From contig OZ253470.1 in assembly GCA_965261735.1 (NCBI GenBank), positions 4,128,001-4,192,000 on the forward strand: a DNA stretch of 64,000 nt, written 5' to 3'. A model generated the notes under the pieces. That model was not told the DNA's origin, did not search any database, and saw only the letters and a program-made list of their open reading frames with translations. This DNA is from Alphaproteobacteria bacterium. Its GTDB lineage: Bacteria > Pseudomonadota > Alphaproteobacteria > SHVV01. The translations under genes and the position numbers were made by a program. Positions within the stretch are counted from its first letter, which is position 1, and each line of letters starts with the position of its first letter. Of the stretch, positions 19,186 through 28,249 are shown piece by piece.

Positions 19186-20655
19186 TTGGCCGACTATGAC
19201 GTGATTGTGGTGGGTGCCGGAAACGCGGCGTGCGCGGCTGCCGTCTCCGCGCGCGAGCAGGGCGCGGCACGGGTCCTGTTGCTGGAGAAGGCATCGGAGG
19301 AGATGCGCGGCGGTAACACGCATTACAGCGGCGGCCTGCTGCGGATATTTTTTGACCGAACCGAGGACCTGCTGGCGGTTATTCCCGATGTCGAAAAGCA
19401 GGCGCCCGGCTTCGTCAAGGGCGTCCCGCCCTACCCGAAAGACGAGTTCTGGGCCGACCTACTGCGCGTTACCAATGGCCGAACCGACGCCGAGCTGGCG
19501 GAGATTCTCATTGGCCGTTCGCAGGACACCATCCGCTGGATGTCGGGCAAGGGCATCCGCATGGAGGCGTCCGTTTCGCTGACCGCGATCAAGATCGGCA
19601 ACGAGATCAAATGGCCGACCGGCGCGGTCGTGAGGGCCATTCACGAGGGCGTCGGCCTATCGAAGATGTGGTTCGATATTGCCGCTGAAAACGGCGTCGA
19701 GATCCTCTACGCGACGCGAGCCGGTTCGTTGTTGCAGGACAAGTCGGGCCGGGTCAGCGGGGTCGTCGCGCATGGACCCGACGGCGTGCGCGAGATCAGC
19801 GCCCGCTCGGTCGTGCTCGGCTGCGGCGGCTTCGAGTCGAACCCGGCATGGCGGGCCCGCTATCTCGGCCGACCGTGGGATCACGCCAAGGTCCGCGGTA
19901 CGCCCTTCAACACCGGTGACGGGCTGAGCATGGCGTTCGCCATGGGCGGTCAGCCCTACGGCCACTGGACCGGCTGCCACTCGACGCCGATCAGTGCCGA
20001 TGCACCGGCATACGGCGATCGCAAGCTGACCGACAAGACCAATCGCCTGTCGTATCCGTTCGGTATCCTGGTCAACAATCTCGGCCTGCGCTTCTTCGAC
20101 GAGGGCGAGGACTTCCAGTGGTACACCTACGCCAAGCTCGGCGGCATCATCCTCAACGAGCCGGGCGGGGTCGCCTACCAGATCTTCGATTCCAAGGTGA
20201 CGCACCTGCTCGAAGGCCGCTACAAGACGACCGAGCCGATCGTTGCCGACACGCTCCATGAGCTGGTCGACAAACTTGCGGTCGACCACGCGCAGTGCCG
20301 CACGACGGTCGACGAATACAATGCGGCCGCCGGCAACGGCGCCTTCGACCCGACGATCAAGGACGGGCTCAGCACCAACGGGCTCGCGCTGCCCAAGTCG
20401 AACTGGGCGCAGCGCCTCGATTCACCGCCGTTTCTTGCCTATCCGGTCACCGGCGGCGTCACCTTCACGTTCGGTGGCGTGCGCATCAACGAGCGCGCGC
20501 AGATCGTCGATGTCGGATGGCAGCCGATCCCCGGGTTGTATGCCTGCGGCGAGATGGTGGGCGGGCTATTCCACACCAACTACCCGGGCGGCACCGGGCT
20601 CGTCTCCGGTGCCGTGTTCGGCCGCATCGCCGGGGCCGAGGCGGCCAACGCCTGA
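19186..20655 (+). CDS. FAD-dependent oxidoreductase, tricarballylate dehydrogenase TcuA-like
   Basis: DVIVVGAGNAA, RGGNT, GGFESN, RFFDEGED, TFTFGG, GEMVGGLF..NYPGGTGL..GAVFGRIAG; TTG start after GGGGAGG. Confidence 0.88.
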   Translation: MADYDVIVVGAGNAACAAAVSAREQGAARVLLLEKASEEMRGGNTHYSGGLLRIFFDRTEDLLAVIPDVEKQAPGFVKGVPPYPKDEFWADLLRVTNGRTDAELAEILIGRSQDTIRWMSGKGIRMEASVSLTAIKIGNEIKWPTGAVVRAIHEGVGLSKMWFDIAAENGVEILYATRAGSLLQDKSGRVSGVVAHGPDGVREISARSVVLGCGGFESNPAWRARYLGRPWDHAKVRGTPFNTGDGLSMAFAMGGQPYGHWTGCHSTPISADAPAYGDRKLTDKTNRLSYPFGILVNNLGLRFFDEGEDFQWYTYAKLGGIILNEPGGVAYQIFDSKVTHLLEGRYKTTEPIVADTLHELVDKLAVDHAQCRTTVDEYNAAAGNGAFDPTIKDGLSTNGLALPKSNWAQRLDSPPFLAYPVTGGVTFTFGGVRINERAQIVDVGWQPIPGLYACGEMVGGLFHTNYPGGTGLVSGAVFGRIAGAEAANA

Positions 20656-20661
20656 GGGACG

Positions 20662-21843
20662 ATGACGGTCCAGGTCCGCATCCCCAGCGTCTTCATGCGC
20701 GGTGGCACGAGCCGCGCGTTGATGTTTCGCCGCGAGCACCTGCCGGACGACCCGGCCGACTGGGACGCCATTTTCCTTGCCGCCATCGGCAGCCCCGATC
20801 CCAATGGGCGCCAGCTCGACGGCATGGGCGGCGGCATATCGTCGCTGTCGAAGGTCGTGGTGGTTGGCCCGCCGAGTCGCGACGATGCCGACGTCGACTA
20901 CACCTTCGGCCAGGTCGCGGTCGACAGGCCGATGGTCGACTACAGCGGCAATTGCGGCAACATGTCCTCGGCGGTCGGGCCCTTTGCGGTCGATGAGGGC
21001 CTCGTCACCCGCGCCGATTCCCCGGCCACGGTCCGCATCCATAACACCAACACCGGCAAGCTCATCGTCTCGCAATTCGCGCTCGAGGGGGGTGTAGCCG
21101 CGGTCGAGGGCGACTACGAGCTGCTCGGCGTGGCCGGGCACGGTGCCCGTATCCGATTGGAGTTCCTCGATCCTGGCGGTGCCGCCACGGGGCGCCTATT
21201 GCCGAGCGGACAGGTGACCGACGCGCTCGATATTCCCGGCCATCCCGCGGTGACGGTCTCGCTCGTGGATGCGACCAACCCGTGCGTGTTCGTGGCCGCC
21301 GAGTCGCTCGGTCTCGCCGGAACCGAGCCGGCGGAGGCGCTCGAGGGGCGACCCGAGCTCCTCGAGCTGCTGGAGCACATCCGCGCACACGCGGCCGTGC
21401 GCATGGGGCTGGCGACGAGCCCCGAGCAGGCCAGCGCGGCCTCGCCGAGCAACCCCAAGATCGGCGTGGTCGCGCCGCCGCAATCCGCGGCGACGCTATC
21501 GGGCGCGAGCCTCGATGCGGACGCCTTCGATGTCACGGCACGCATGATGTCGATGGGGCGGCCGCATCGCGCCGTGCCTCTTACCGGCGCCATGTGCCTG
21601 GCCGTGGCGGCGCGCATTCGCGGGACCGTCGTGCACCAGGTGACGCGCGCAGCGACCTCCGCCGAGGCCGACATTCGCGTCGGCCACCCCTCAGGCGTCA
21701 CCGCGTTTGCGGCCGCGGTGTCGGAGGAGGGCGGCTGGCGCGCCGACAAGGTCGTCGTCTACCGTACGGCGCGGCGGTTGATGGAGGGCAGCGTGCTGGT
21801 GCCGCAGTCCAGGCTCACAGACAGCCGACGCGCGACGGCGTAA
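20662..21843 (+). CDS. PrpF family isomerase
   Basis: MRGGTSR, QLDGMGGG.SSLSK, GNCGN, HPSG, RTARRLMEG. Confidence 0.92.
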   Translation: MTVQVRIPSVFMRGGTSRALMFRREHLPDDPADWDAIFLAAIGSPDPNGRQLDGMGGGISSLSKVVVVGPPSRDDADVDYTFGQVAVDRPMVDYSGNCGNMSSAVGPFAVDEGLVTRADSPATVRIHNTNTGKLIVSQFALEGGVAAVEGDYELLGVAGHGARIRLEFLDPGGAATGRLLPSGQVTDALDIPGHPAVTVSLVDATNPCVFVAAESLGLAGTEPAEALEGRPELLELLEHIRAHAAVRMGLATSPEQASAASPSNPKIGVVAPPQSAATLSGASLDADAFDVTARMMSMGRPHRAVPLTGAMCLAVAARIRGTVVHQVTRAATSAEADIRVGHPSGVTAFAAAVSEEGGWRADKVVVYRTARRLMEGSVLVPQSRLTDSRRATA

Positions 21844-21869
21844 CAGGTTCGGCAAGCCCCGAGGATGCC

Positions 21870-22730
21870 ATGAAAGCAACGACCACCCTGCGGGCCATGA
21901 TCGGCCAGGATGAGACCTTCGTCGGGCCCGGCGTTTATGACGGGCTGAGCGCCCGCCTCGTCGAGCGCGCCGGTTTCGACCTCGTCTACGCGAGCGGCGG
22001 CGCCATCGCGCGGAGCATGGGGTTTCCCGACCTCGGCCTGATCAGCATGGCCGAGGTCGCGGCGCGGCTGAACCTCATCACGGACAGCGTTGCCCTGCCG
22101 GTGATCGCCGACGCAGACACCGGCTACGGCAACGCCCTCAACACGCGGCGCGCGATGCGCGAGTTTCAGCGCGCCGGCGTCGCCGGTCTGCACCTCGAGG
22201 ACCAGACCTTCCCCAAGCGCTGCGGCCACTATGACGATAAGACGGTCGTTCCGACGGGCGAGATGGTGCAGAAGATTCGGGCCGCGCGCGACGCGCTCGC
22301 CGACGACGATCTCGTCCTCATCGCGCGCACCGACGCCCGCGCCGTCGAGGGCTTCGACCGTACGATAGAACGTGCGCACGCCTATGCCGAAGCGGGTGCC
22401 GACGTGATTTTCTTCGAGGCCCCGCAAAGTGTCGAAGAGATCGAGCGGATCGGGCGCGAGCTGCCCTACCCCAAGCTCATCAACATGTTCCAGGGCGGCA
22501 AAACGCCGCTCGTGCCAGTGGCGCGCTTGCGTGACTGGGGCTACCGCCTCGTCATTATCCCGTCGGACCTGCAGCGGGCCGCGCAACACGCGATGGAGGA
22601 GGCATTGGCGCTGATCAAGAGCGACGGCAACAGCGCGGCGATGAGCGACCGCCTGACCTCGTTCGAGGAGCGCGAGGCGACCATCGGCACGCCCGAGTAT
22701 CTCGAGCTCGACCGGCGCTATCGCGCCTAA
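21870..22730 (+). CDS. Isocitrate lyase/PEP mutase family C-C lyase (PrpB/dimethylmalate lyase-like)
   Basis: DADTGYG, HLEDQ, PKRCGH with the catalytic Cys, ARTDA. Confidence 0.9.
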   Translation: MKATTTLRAMIGQDETFVGPGVYDGLSARLVERAGFDLVYASGGAIARSMGFPDLGLISMAEVAARLNLITDSVALPVIADADTGYGNALNTRRAMREFQRAGVAGLHLEDQTFPKRCGHYDDKTVVPTGEMVQKIRAARDALADDDLVLIARTDARAVEGFDRTIERAHAYAEAGADVIFFEAPQSVEEIERIGRELPYPKLINMFQGGKTPLVPVARLRDWGYRLVIIPSDLQRAAQHAMEEALALIKSDGNSAAMSDRLTSFEEREATIGTPEYLELDRRYRA

Positions 22731-22748
22731 CCGCGGCGTGGTGGGCGC

Positions 22749-23336
22749 TCAGGCCGCCGCCACCTCGTCGATCGCCGGCCCGCTCGCACTGAAGGGCTCG
22801 CGCGCGAAAATACGGTGCACCATCGGCGCGAAAGCCTCCATCGGCATCGTATCGAAGGCCGGGTCGAAGGCGTTCTGATCGTATCTGTGGCAGAAATCCA
22901 CCGTGGCCTCGAAGCAGGGATGCCCGCGATACCGCTCGCGCACGTTTCGGTCTCCACCCATGTGATGGGCGAAATAGTAGCGCTGGAACAGGCCGTGTTG
23001 CTTGACCAGCCAGGTGTTGGACTCGGAGACGTACGGGCGCAGAATCGTGGCGGCAAACTCGGCGTGGTTGGCGGGCGCCAACATGTCACCGATATCGTGG
23101 AGGAGGGCGACGACGACCATCTCCTCGTCGGCGCCGTCTCGCGAGGCCAGGGTCGCGGACTGTAGGGAATGCTGGAGCCGATCGATCTTGAACCCGGAGC
23201 TCGAATGGGCGAGCGATTCGAGATGGTCGAGCACCCGTTCGGCCGTGCCCTCGATGAGCGGACTGTGCAGCCGCTCCAGCAATTCGTAGTCTTCGCGCGT
23301 GCCTTCCTCCATGCTGGTGAAGCTCACCGTCTCCAT
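22749..23336 (-). CDS. HD-domain metalloprotein (PhnZ-like)
   Basis: HSLQSA, ALLHDIG, NH, HG, YDQ..FDP. Confidence 0.82.
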   Translation of the reverse strand: METVSFTSMEEGTREDYELLERLHSPLIEGTAERVLDHLESLAHSSSGFKIDRLQHSLQSATLASRDGADEEMVVVALLHDIGDMLAPANHAEFAATILRPYVSESNTWLVKQHGLFQRYYFAHHMGGDRNVRERYRGHPCFEATVDFCHRYDQNAFDPAFDTMPMEAFAPMVHRIFAREPFSASGPAIDEVAAA

Positions 23337-23462
23337 CTCGGTCTCCCTTGTGGGGTCGCGAACGGCCGCCTTCCGGACCGCTCGCGGCCACGATAGACTC
23401 CGCCGGGCCGACTTGTCGAGGTAGCGGCTCCGGCCCCCGTCTGCTCCTGTTGGGATGAGATC

Positions 23463-24173
23463 ATGTTCCTGCCGCTGAAGGACGACAACCCGCTCAAGAT
23501 CATCCCCTACCAGTACGCCACGATCGGCATCATCGGGCTGTGCGCGCTGACGTTCCTGTGGCAGCTGTCGTTGACGTCGGCGGACGCGGAGCGCGCCATC
23601 GGCGGACTGGCCGTCGTGCCCGCCGCGCTGTTGGGGGGGCGCACCGACCTCTCGCTCGTGCCGCCAACGGCCACGCTGGTGACGTCGCTCTTCCTACACG
23701 GCGGCTGGCTCCACCTGATCAGCAACATGCTCTATCTGTGGGTGTTCGGCGACAACATCGAGGACGCGATGGGACACGGCCGCTTCGTCGCCTTCTTTCT
23801 CGTTTGCGGGGCCGTCGGCGGCCTCGCTCACGCGATCGTCAATGCGGATTCGACGATACCGACGATCGGCGCGAGCGGCGCGGTCTCCGGGGTGCTCGGC
23901 GCCTACCTCCTGCTCCACCCGCGCGTCCGCGTTCTGGTGCTGGTGTTCAAGTGGTTTCCGATACGCCTGCCGGCCTACGTCGTGCTCGGTGGCTGGATCA
24001 TCTTGCAGGTTATCCCGGTGCTGCGCGGCTCAGGTGCCGGATCGGACGTCGCGTGGTGGGCCCATATCGCCGGCTTTGGCGCCGGCGTCGCCCTGATCGC
24101 GCCGATGCGGCGTAAGACGCTGCCGCTGCTCGACCGCGGCCCCGACGCGCGGCCGGGGCCCTGGGATCGCTGA
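23463..24173 (+). CDS. Rhomboid intramembrane serine protease
   Basis: FLHGGWLHLISNM, GASG, AH..G. Confidence 0.92.
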   Translation: MFLPLKDDNPLKIIPYQYATIGIIGLCALTFLWQLSLTSADAERAIGGLAVVPAALLGGRTDLSLVPPTATLVTSLFLHGGWLHLISNMLYLWVFGDNIEDAMGHGRFVAFFLVCGAVGGLAHAIVNADSTIPTIGASGAVSGVLGAYLLLHPRVRVLVLVFKWFPIRLPAYVVLGGWIILQVIPVLRGSGAGSDVAWWAHIAGFGAGVALIAPMRRKTLPLLDRGPDARPGPWDR

Positions 24174-24359
24174 GGAGGCTCGGGCCACGGCCCTATCCGG
24201 GGCGAAGGTCATTCTGTCGATCTATCGTCGTTTCGAAGCGCTGTACCGCTTCCACGAGGAAGGCCGGATACAGCGCGCAGGCTAGTAGCGGTCGCCATCC
24301 AGCACAGGGGAAGGCCCAACCGGCCGACCACGCAGATCTGGCGTAACATCGACCCGCGC

Positions 24360-24556
24360 CGCGTCCACCAGTTCCCCGATCTCCCAAATGTGGTCAGTCA
24401 CGCGCCCACCGCCATCGCTGGCGTGATCCGTAGCGCCTCGTGGACTCGGCAAAGTTGTACCATGCGGATGCAGTGTCGGCGCTTCACCCGCCTAACCAAC
24501 GAGTTCAGCAAGAAGCTTTCGGAACCACAGGCGGCCATTGCCTTGTACGTCGCTTC
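24360..24556. mobile_element. IS1-family transposase C-terminal remnant, internally inverted
   Basis: + strand TMRMQCRRFTRLTNEFSKK...IALYVA; - strand ...RVHEALRITPAMA...TDHIWEIGELV. Confidence 0.7.
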
Positions 24557-24682
24557 CCGCGGCCTCATCAGGGACACGGGCTTTCCGGCGTCCACTCGCG
24601 GGCTAGGTGCTGGGCCTCGGCGATCTGAGCAGCTGCAACACTGGGGGCTTGTCGTCGGCGTATGCGAGCGCGAGCCTCAACG

Positions 24683-25564
24683 TTAGAACCCGCAAAGTTG
24701 CCGTGTGATCGTTACAGTGCCGATCTCTGAGCCGTCGCGACGCAGATAGACATGCGCGAGCGTTGCGCCTGCCTCGATCCAGGGACGCAGGCCAGAGCAG
24801 TTGCTCTGCGTGAGGCTCGTCCGCATCGAGGTCGAGAGAGCATGCCTATCTACTGATAGCTCGTAGATGTAGCGGAACGTCGATCCCTGCCCTTCGACCT
24901 GTTGAAGAGTCGTTATCTCATCCACCTGCTGCGGCGTTGGAACCTCAGCCGCCATCTGTTGGAGTGCGGCATCAAGACCTTGGCTGCGGATCAGGGAGGC
25001 GAGAAGCACCGATTGCTGCTCAGTGCCTGCCTCGGCAACCCTCCGCTCTACCTCGACCTCGGCGTAGGCGGACAAATAGACGCCTGCGACGATCATGACG
25101 ATACCGGACACGACGCCACGGCCATCTGTTAGCAGGGGAATGGCCGGAATACGGTTCGCGGACACTTCGTTCTTGGAGCGCGTTGCCAGCAGCCAGAGGT
25201 TGCGCGACCGGGATGAACGCGAGCGCAGCCATCCGACCATGCCCATAAGCATCGCGCGACCGTTCCATGGCGATGATCCCGATGAAGTAGCCGACCAATA
25301 CTAGGGTGACGAGCTGCACCGCCAATAAGACCCATAGGTACGCCCCAGCCATCGCGGGCAGTGAATTAAGCCAGATGAGTTGCGTCGCGGCAGCGAAGAG
25401 GAACAAAAGCCCGAGTATGCAAAGTATGGCGCCTGCCGCAATTCACCCTTGCCGCGCGCTACGATGCCCGCGACCACCGCGCCCAGGACAATGAGACCAT
25501 AGCCAATTAATCGAAGGTCGTTTTCTGTCTGAAAGACTAGCTGGATGGCAATATCTTCAAGCAT
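24683..25564 (-). pseudogene. Membrane protein (DUF805-like N-terminus) split by two frameshifts
   Basis: Three overlapping ORFs join into one protein (...YFAYSG / LFLFAAA...RSRDAYG...FIPVA / NLWLL...). Confidence 0.7.
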
Positions 25565-25785
25565 CCGCTTGCCATCTTGATGCTGGCGAGGCACGGCATC
25601 GACGCCCCGCTGGAACTGCTCTAGCTAGCGACCGAACACGACGAGTCTGTAGCGAGAAATACGGCATGTCCGTTCTCGACCGCGTTCTACGGACTACGCC
25701 AACTCATGCTTGGAGAGCGGGCGCGCTTGAGCGTCCTAGTTCGGCGCTCGGTGATCCGCCGGTTTTTCAAATCTGTCGACGCAGC

Positions 25786-26760
25786 CTATGCCGGGCGCGC
25801 CGGGGTTACGCCAACCATGCTGTCGCGGGTGACAAGCGCCGCGAGCTGTGCCGCCGACCATCCCTCGGTGCCCGCGGGCCGCACCGGGATCACGATGTAG
25901 CGGAGGTCGGCCGTGCTGTCGACGACCCTAATCTCCGTGTGCGCCGGGAGCTCGGTGCCGAACTCCTCGAGCACGCCGCGCGGGTCGTTGACGACGCGCG
26001 AACGGTAGGCGCGGCTCTTGTACCAGGCGGGCGGTACGCCGAGCAGGGTACGCGGGTAGCACGAGCACAGCGTACAGACGACGACGTGATGCAGGTCGGG
26101 CGTGTTCTCGAGTGCCAAGACCGGCGGCGATGCGCTCATATCGACGCCCTGGCGTGCCGCGGCGGCCTTGGCGTCGTCGAGAAACTCGGCACGGAAATCG
26201 GGCACGACCCAGGTTCGCGCCACCAGGCCGGCGCCGAGTGCAGGCGTGCGCGTTTCCATGTCGTTGATCTCGCGCTGGACGTCCTCCGCGGTAAAGATCC
26301 TTTTGTCGATGAACAGCTCGCGAAGGGCCTCGGCGAGAATCTCATAGTCCCCCGGCGGCCGATCCGTATGTTCGATGGCCTCGTGCTCGCCCGGCGCATG
26401 AACGTGATCGCCCTGACCGATCATCGCCGCGCCGGGGGCCGTCGCCGCGTGGTCGGCCTCGAGCCGGGCCCTTACCGCCGCTACCTTCAACGCCACCTCC
26501 TCGTCGGTGATGGCCTCGCGCTCTACCATCAGGGTCTTGAGCGAGTTGACCCAGCGCTCGTAGTAGAGGAATCCCCAATAGGTCTCGGCCGGCGTGTCCT
26601 CATTGACGCGCCGTGACTCATCGACGCGAAAGTAGGCGCGCGAGGGATGGGTGAGCAGCATCATCATCGCGTCGACCCGCCGATCGGTGATCGTGGGATC
26701 GTGCTCGGCTGTGTCGATGGGGTCGGCGTCGAGGCCGCCCACGTCATGGTGTCCGCGCAT
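25786..26760 (-). CDS. Fused nitrile hydratase/thiocyanate hydrolase-like protein (beta N-terminal domain + alpha/gamma subunit)
   Basis: N-terminal HDVGG...RR...YYERW (beta-like); His-rich linker; VVVCTLCSCYP, WYKSRAYRSR and DSTADLRY (alpha, Co-type motif). Confidence 0.9.
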   Translation of the reverse strand: MRGHHDVGGLDADPIDTAEHDPTITDRRVDAMMMLLTHPSRAYFRVDESRRVNEDTPAETYWGFLYYERWVNSLKTLMVEREAITDEEVALKVAAVRARLEADHAATAPGAAMIGQGDHVHAPGEHEAIEHTDRPPGDYEILAEALRELFIDKRIFTAEDVQREINDMETRTPALGAGLVARTWVVPDFRAEFLDDAKAAAARQGVDMSASPPVLALENTPDLHHVVVCTLCSCYPRTLLGVPPAWYKSRAYRSRVVNDPRGVLEEFGTELPAHTEIRVVDSTADLRYIVIPVRPAGTEGWSAAQLAALVTRDSMVGVTPARPA

Positions 26761-27009
26761 GAGGAACCTCTTGGCCAAAGATGCGCCGGCGCTCGCGCTG
26801 AGCCGCAAGTATATTTTCCGCCGGCGCGGGGCTCAACGTCCTAACGACCGGCGGGGGTAGGGCCTGGGGCCGCCCCGGTTGGCGCGCGCCGGCTGCGACT
26901 CTATGATCCGGGCCGAACTGGGGGCGTCGCCGTTTCATCACAGGATACAGGACCGGGTGCCGAACCTGCCGGCGGGCGCGAACGCCCGACGCGCTGGGGC
27001 CTCGTCGCC

Positions 27010-28176
27010 GTGATCCTCTTCGCCGGCGTCGCCGCCGCGACGCAGATCGGCAAAGTGCCGCCCGCGATCCCGGACATCCGCGCCGAGCTCGCTCTCGGCA
27101 TGGTCGGGGCGGGATGGGTTGCCTCGATCATCAACCTGACGAGCGCCCTGTTCGGTATCATTATCGGCGCCCTCGCCGATGCGCTGGGTCACGCCCGCAT
27201 GCTGACGACTGGGCTCGCGCTGATCGTCATAGGCTCGCTCGTGGGCGCCAGCGCCGACGCCGGCAGTCTGCTGCTTTTCACACGCTTCCTAGAGGGTGCG
27301 GGCTATGTGAGCATTACCGTGGCGGCACCGTCGCTCCTCCTGAGCGCGACGGGCGGGCGCGGGCAGCGGCTCGTGCTCGGCATATGGAGCGGCAGGTTCC
27401 CGGCCGGCATAGGCGCCATGCTCGTGATCTCGCCACTCTTCCTGACACCTTACGGGTGGCGCGGCCTGTGGTACGCGAGCGCCGCGCTCTTGGCGGTGGC
27501 GCTTGCCCTCGTGGCTGCCGCCCAGCGCCCGCGGCGAGCGCCCGGCGCGCTTACCGCCCCGGCGCCACCACGCCGGATCGCCGAGCTCGGCAGCCCACTA
27601 CGCAGCCGGGGCGCTTGGCTGTTAGCCGGTTCGCTGACGATGTGGAACCTGCAGTGGCTCGCCATCATCGCCTGGCTGCCGACTTTCCTGATCGAGAGCG
27701 AGGGCTATACGACCGCGGCCGCGGCCCTGGTGGTTGCGCTGGTCGTGATCGCCGAATTGCCGGGCAACGTGCTGGGCGGCGTATTGATGCATCGCGGCGT
27801 TCCGTGCTGGGTGCTCTTGGCCCTCGGCACGACGACGGCCGGCGCGGCGGCGATCGGGATATTTTCGGCGGCGGTTCCGGTCGGGCTCAAGCTGGTGTTG
27901 GCGCTGTGTTTCGCGTTCGTGGGCGGGCTCGTGCCGCCGGGCGTGATGGGCGCCGTGCCGACCCACGCGCCGACGCCGGGCCTCGTCGGCACGATCATCG
28001 GGGTCGTGGTTCAGGTCTCCAGCATCGGGGCCCTGACAGGGCCGCCACTGATCGCCGCCGCCGTCGTACTGCTCGGCGGCTGGCATGAGGCGAGCTGGCT
28101 CCTGCTTGGCGCCGGCGCCGTGGGTGCCGTTTTCGCGCTCTCGATCCGCTCGCTCGAGCTGCGAATGCAGACTTAA
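27010..28176 (+). CDS. MFS transporter (CynX/NimT-like); true start probably further upstream
   Basis: About 12 TM helices, GALADALG motif, RFLEG; reading frame open upstream to about 26900. Confidence 0.85.
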   Translation: MILFAGVAAATQIGKVPPAIPDIRAELALGMVGAGWVASIINLTSALFGIIIGALADALGHARMLTTGLALIVIGSLVGASADAGSLLLFTRFLEGAGYVSITVAAPSLLLSATGGRGQRLVLGIWSGRFPAGIGAMLVISPLFLTPYGWRGLWYASAALLAVALALVAAAQRPRRAPGALTAPAPPRRIAELGSPLRSRGAWLLAGSLTMWNLQWLAIIAWLPTFLIESEGYTTAAAALVVALVVIAELPGNVLGGVLMHRGVPCWVLLALGTTTAGAAAIGIFSAAVPVGLKLVLALCFAFVGGLVPPGVMGAVPTHAPTPGLVGTIIGVVVQVSSIGALTGPPLIAAAVVLLGGWHEASWLLLGAGAVGAVFALSIRSLELRMQT

Positions 28177-28249
28177 CCCCGGCACAAAAGGACGTTGGCC
28201 GCGAGCGGAGGCTCGCCTAACATCGCGCCGCCGGGAGGGGTATCGGGCC

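Noticed and set aside
21282-22730. 482-aa ORF with a long N-terminal extension
   Set aside because: The extension is an off-frame read of prpF; the lyase begins at 21870.
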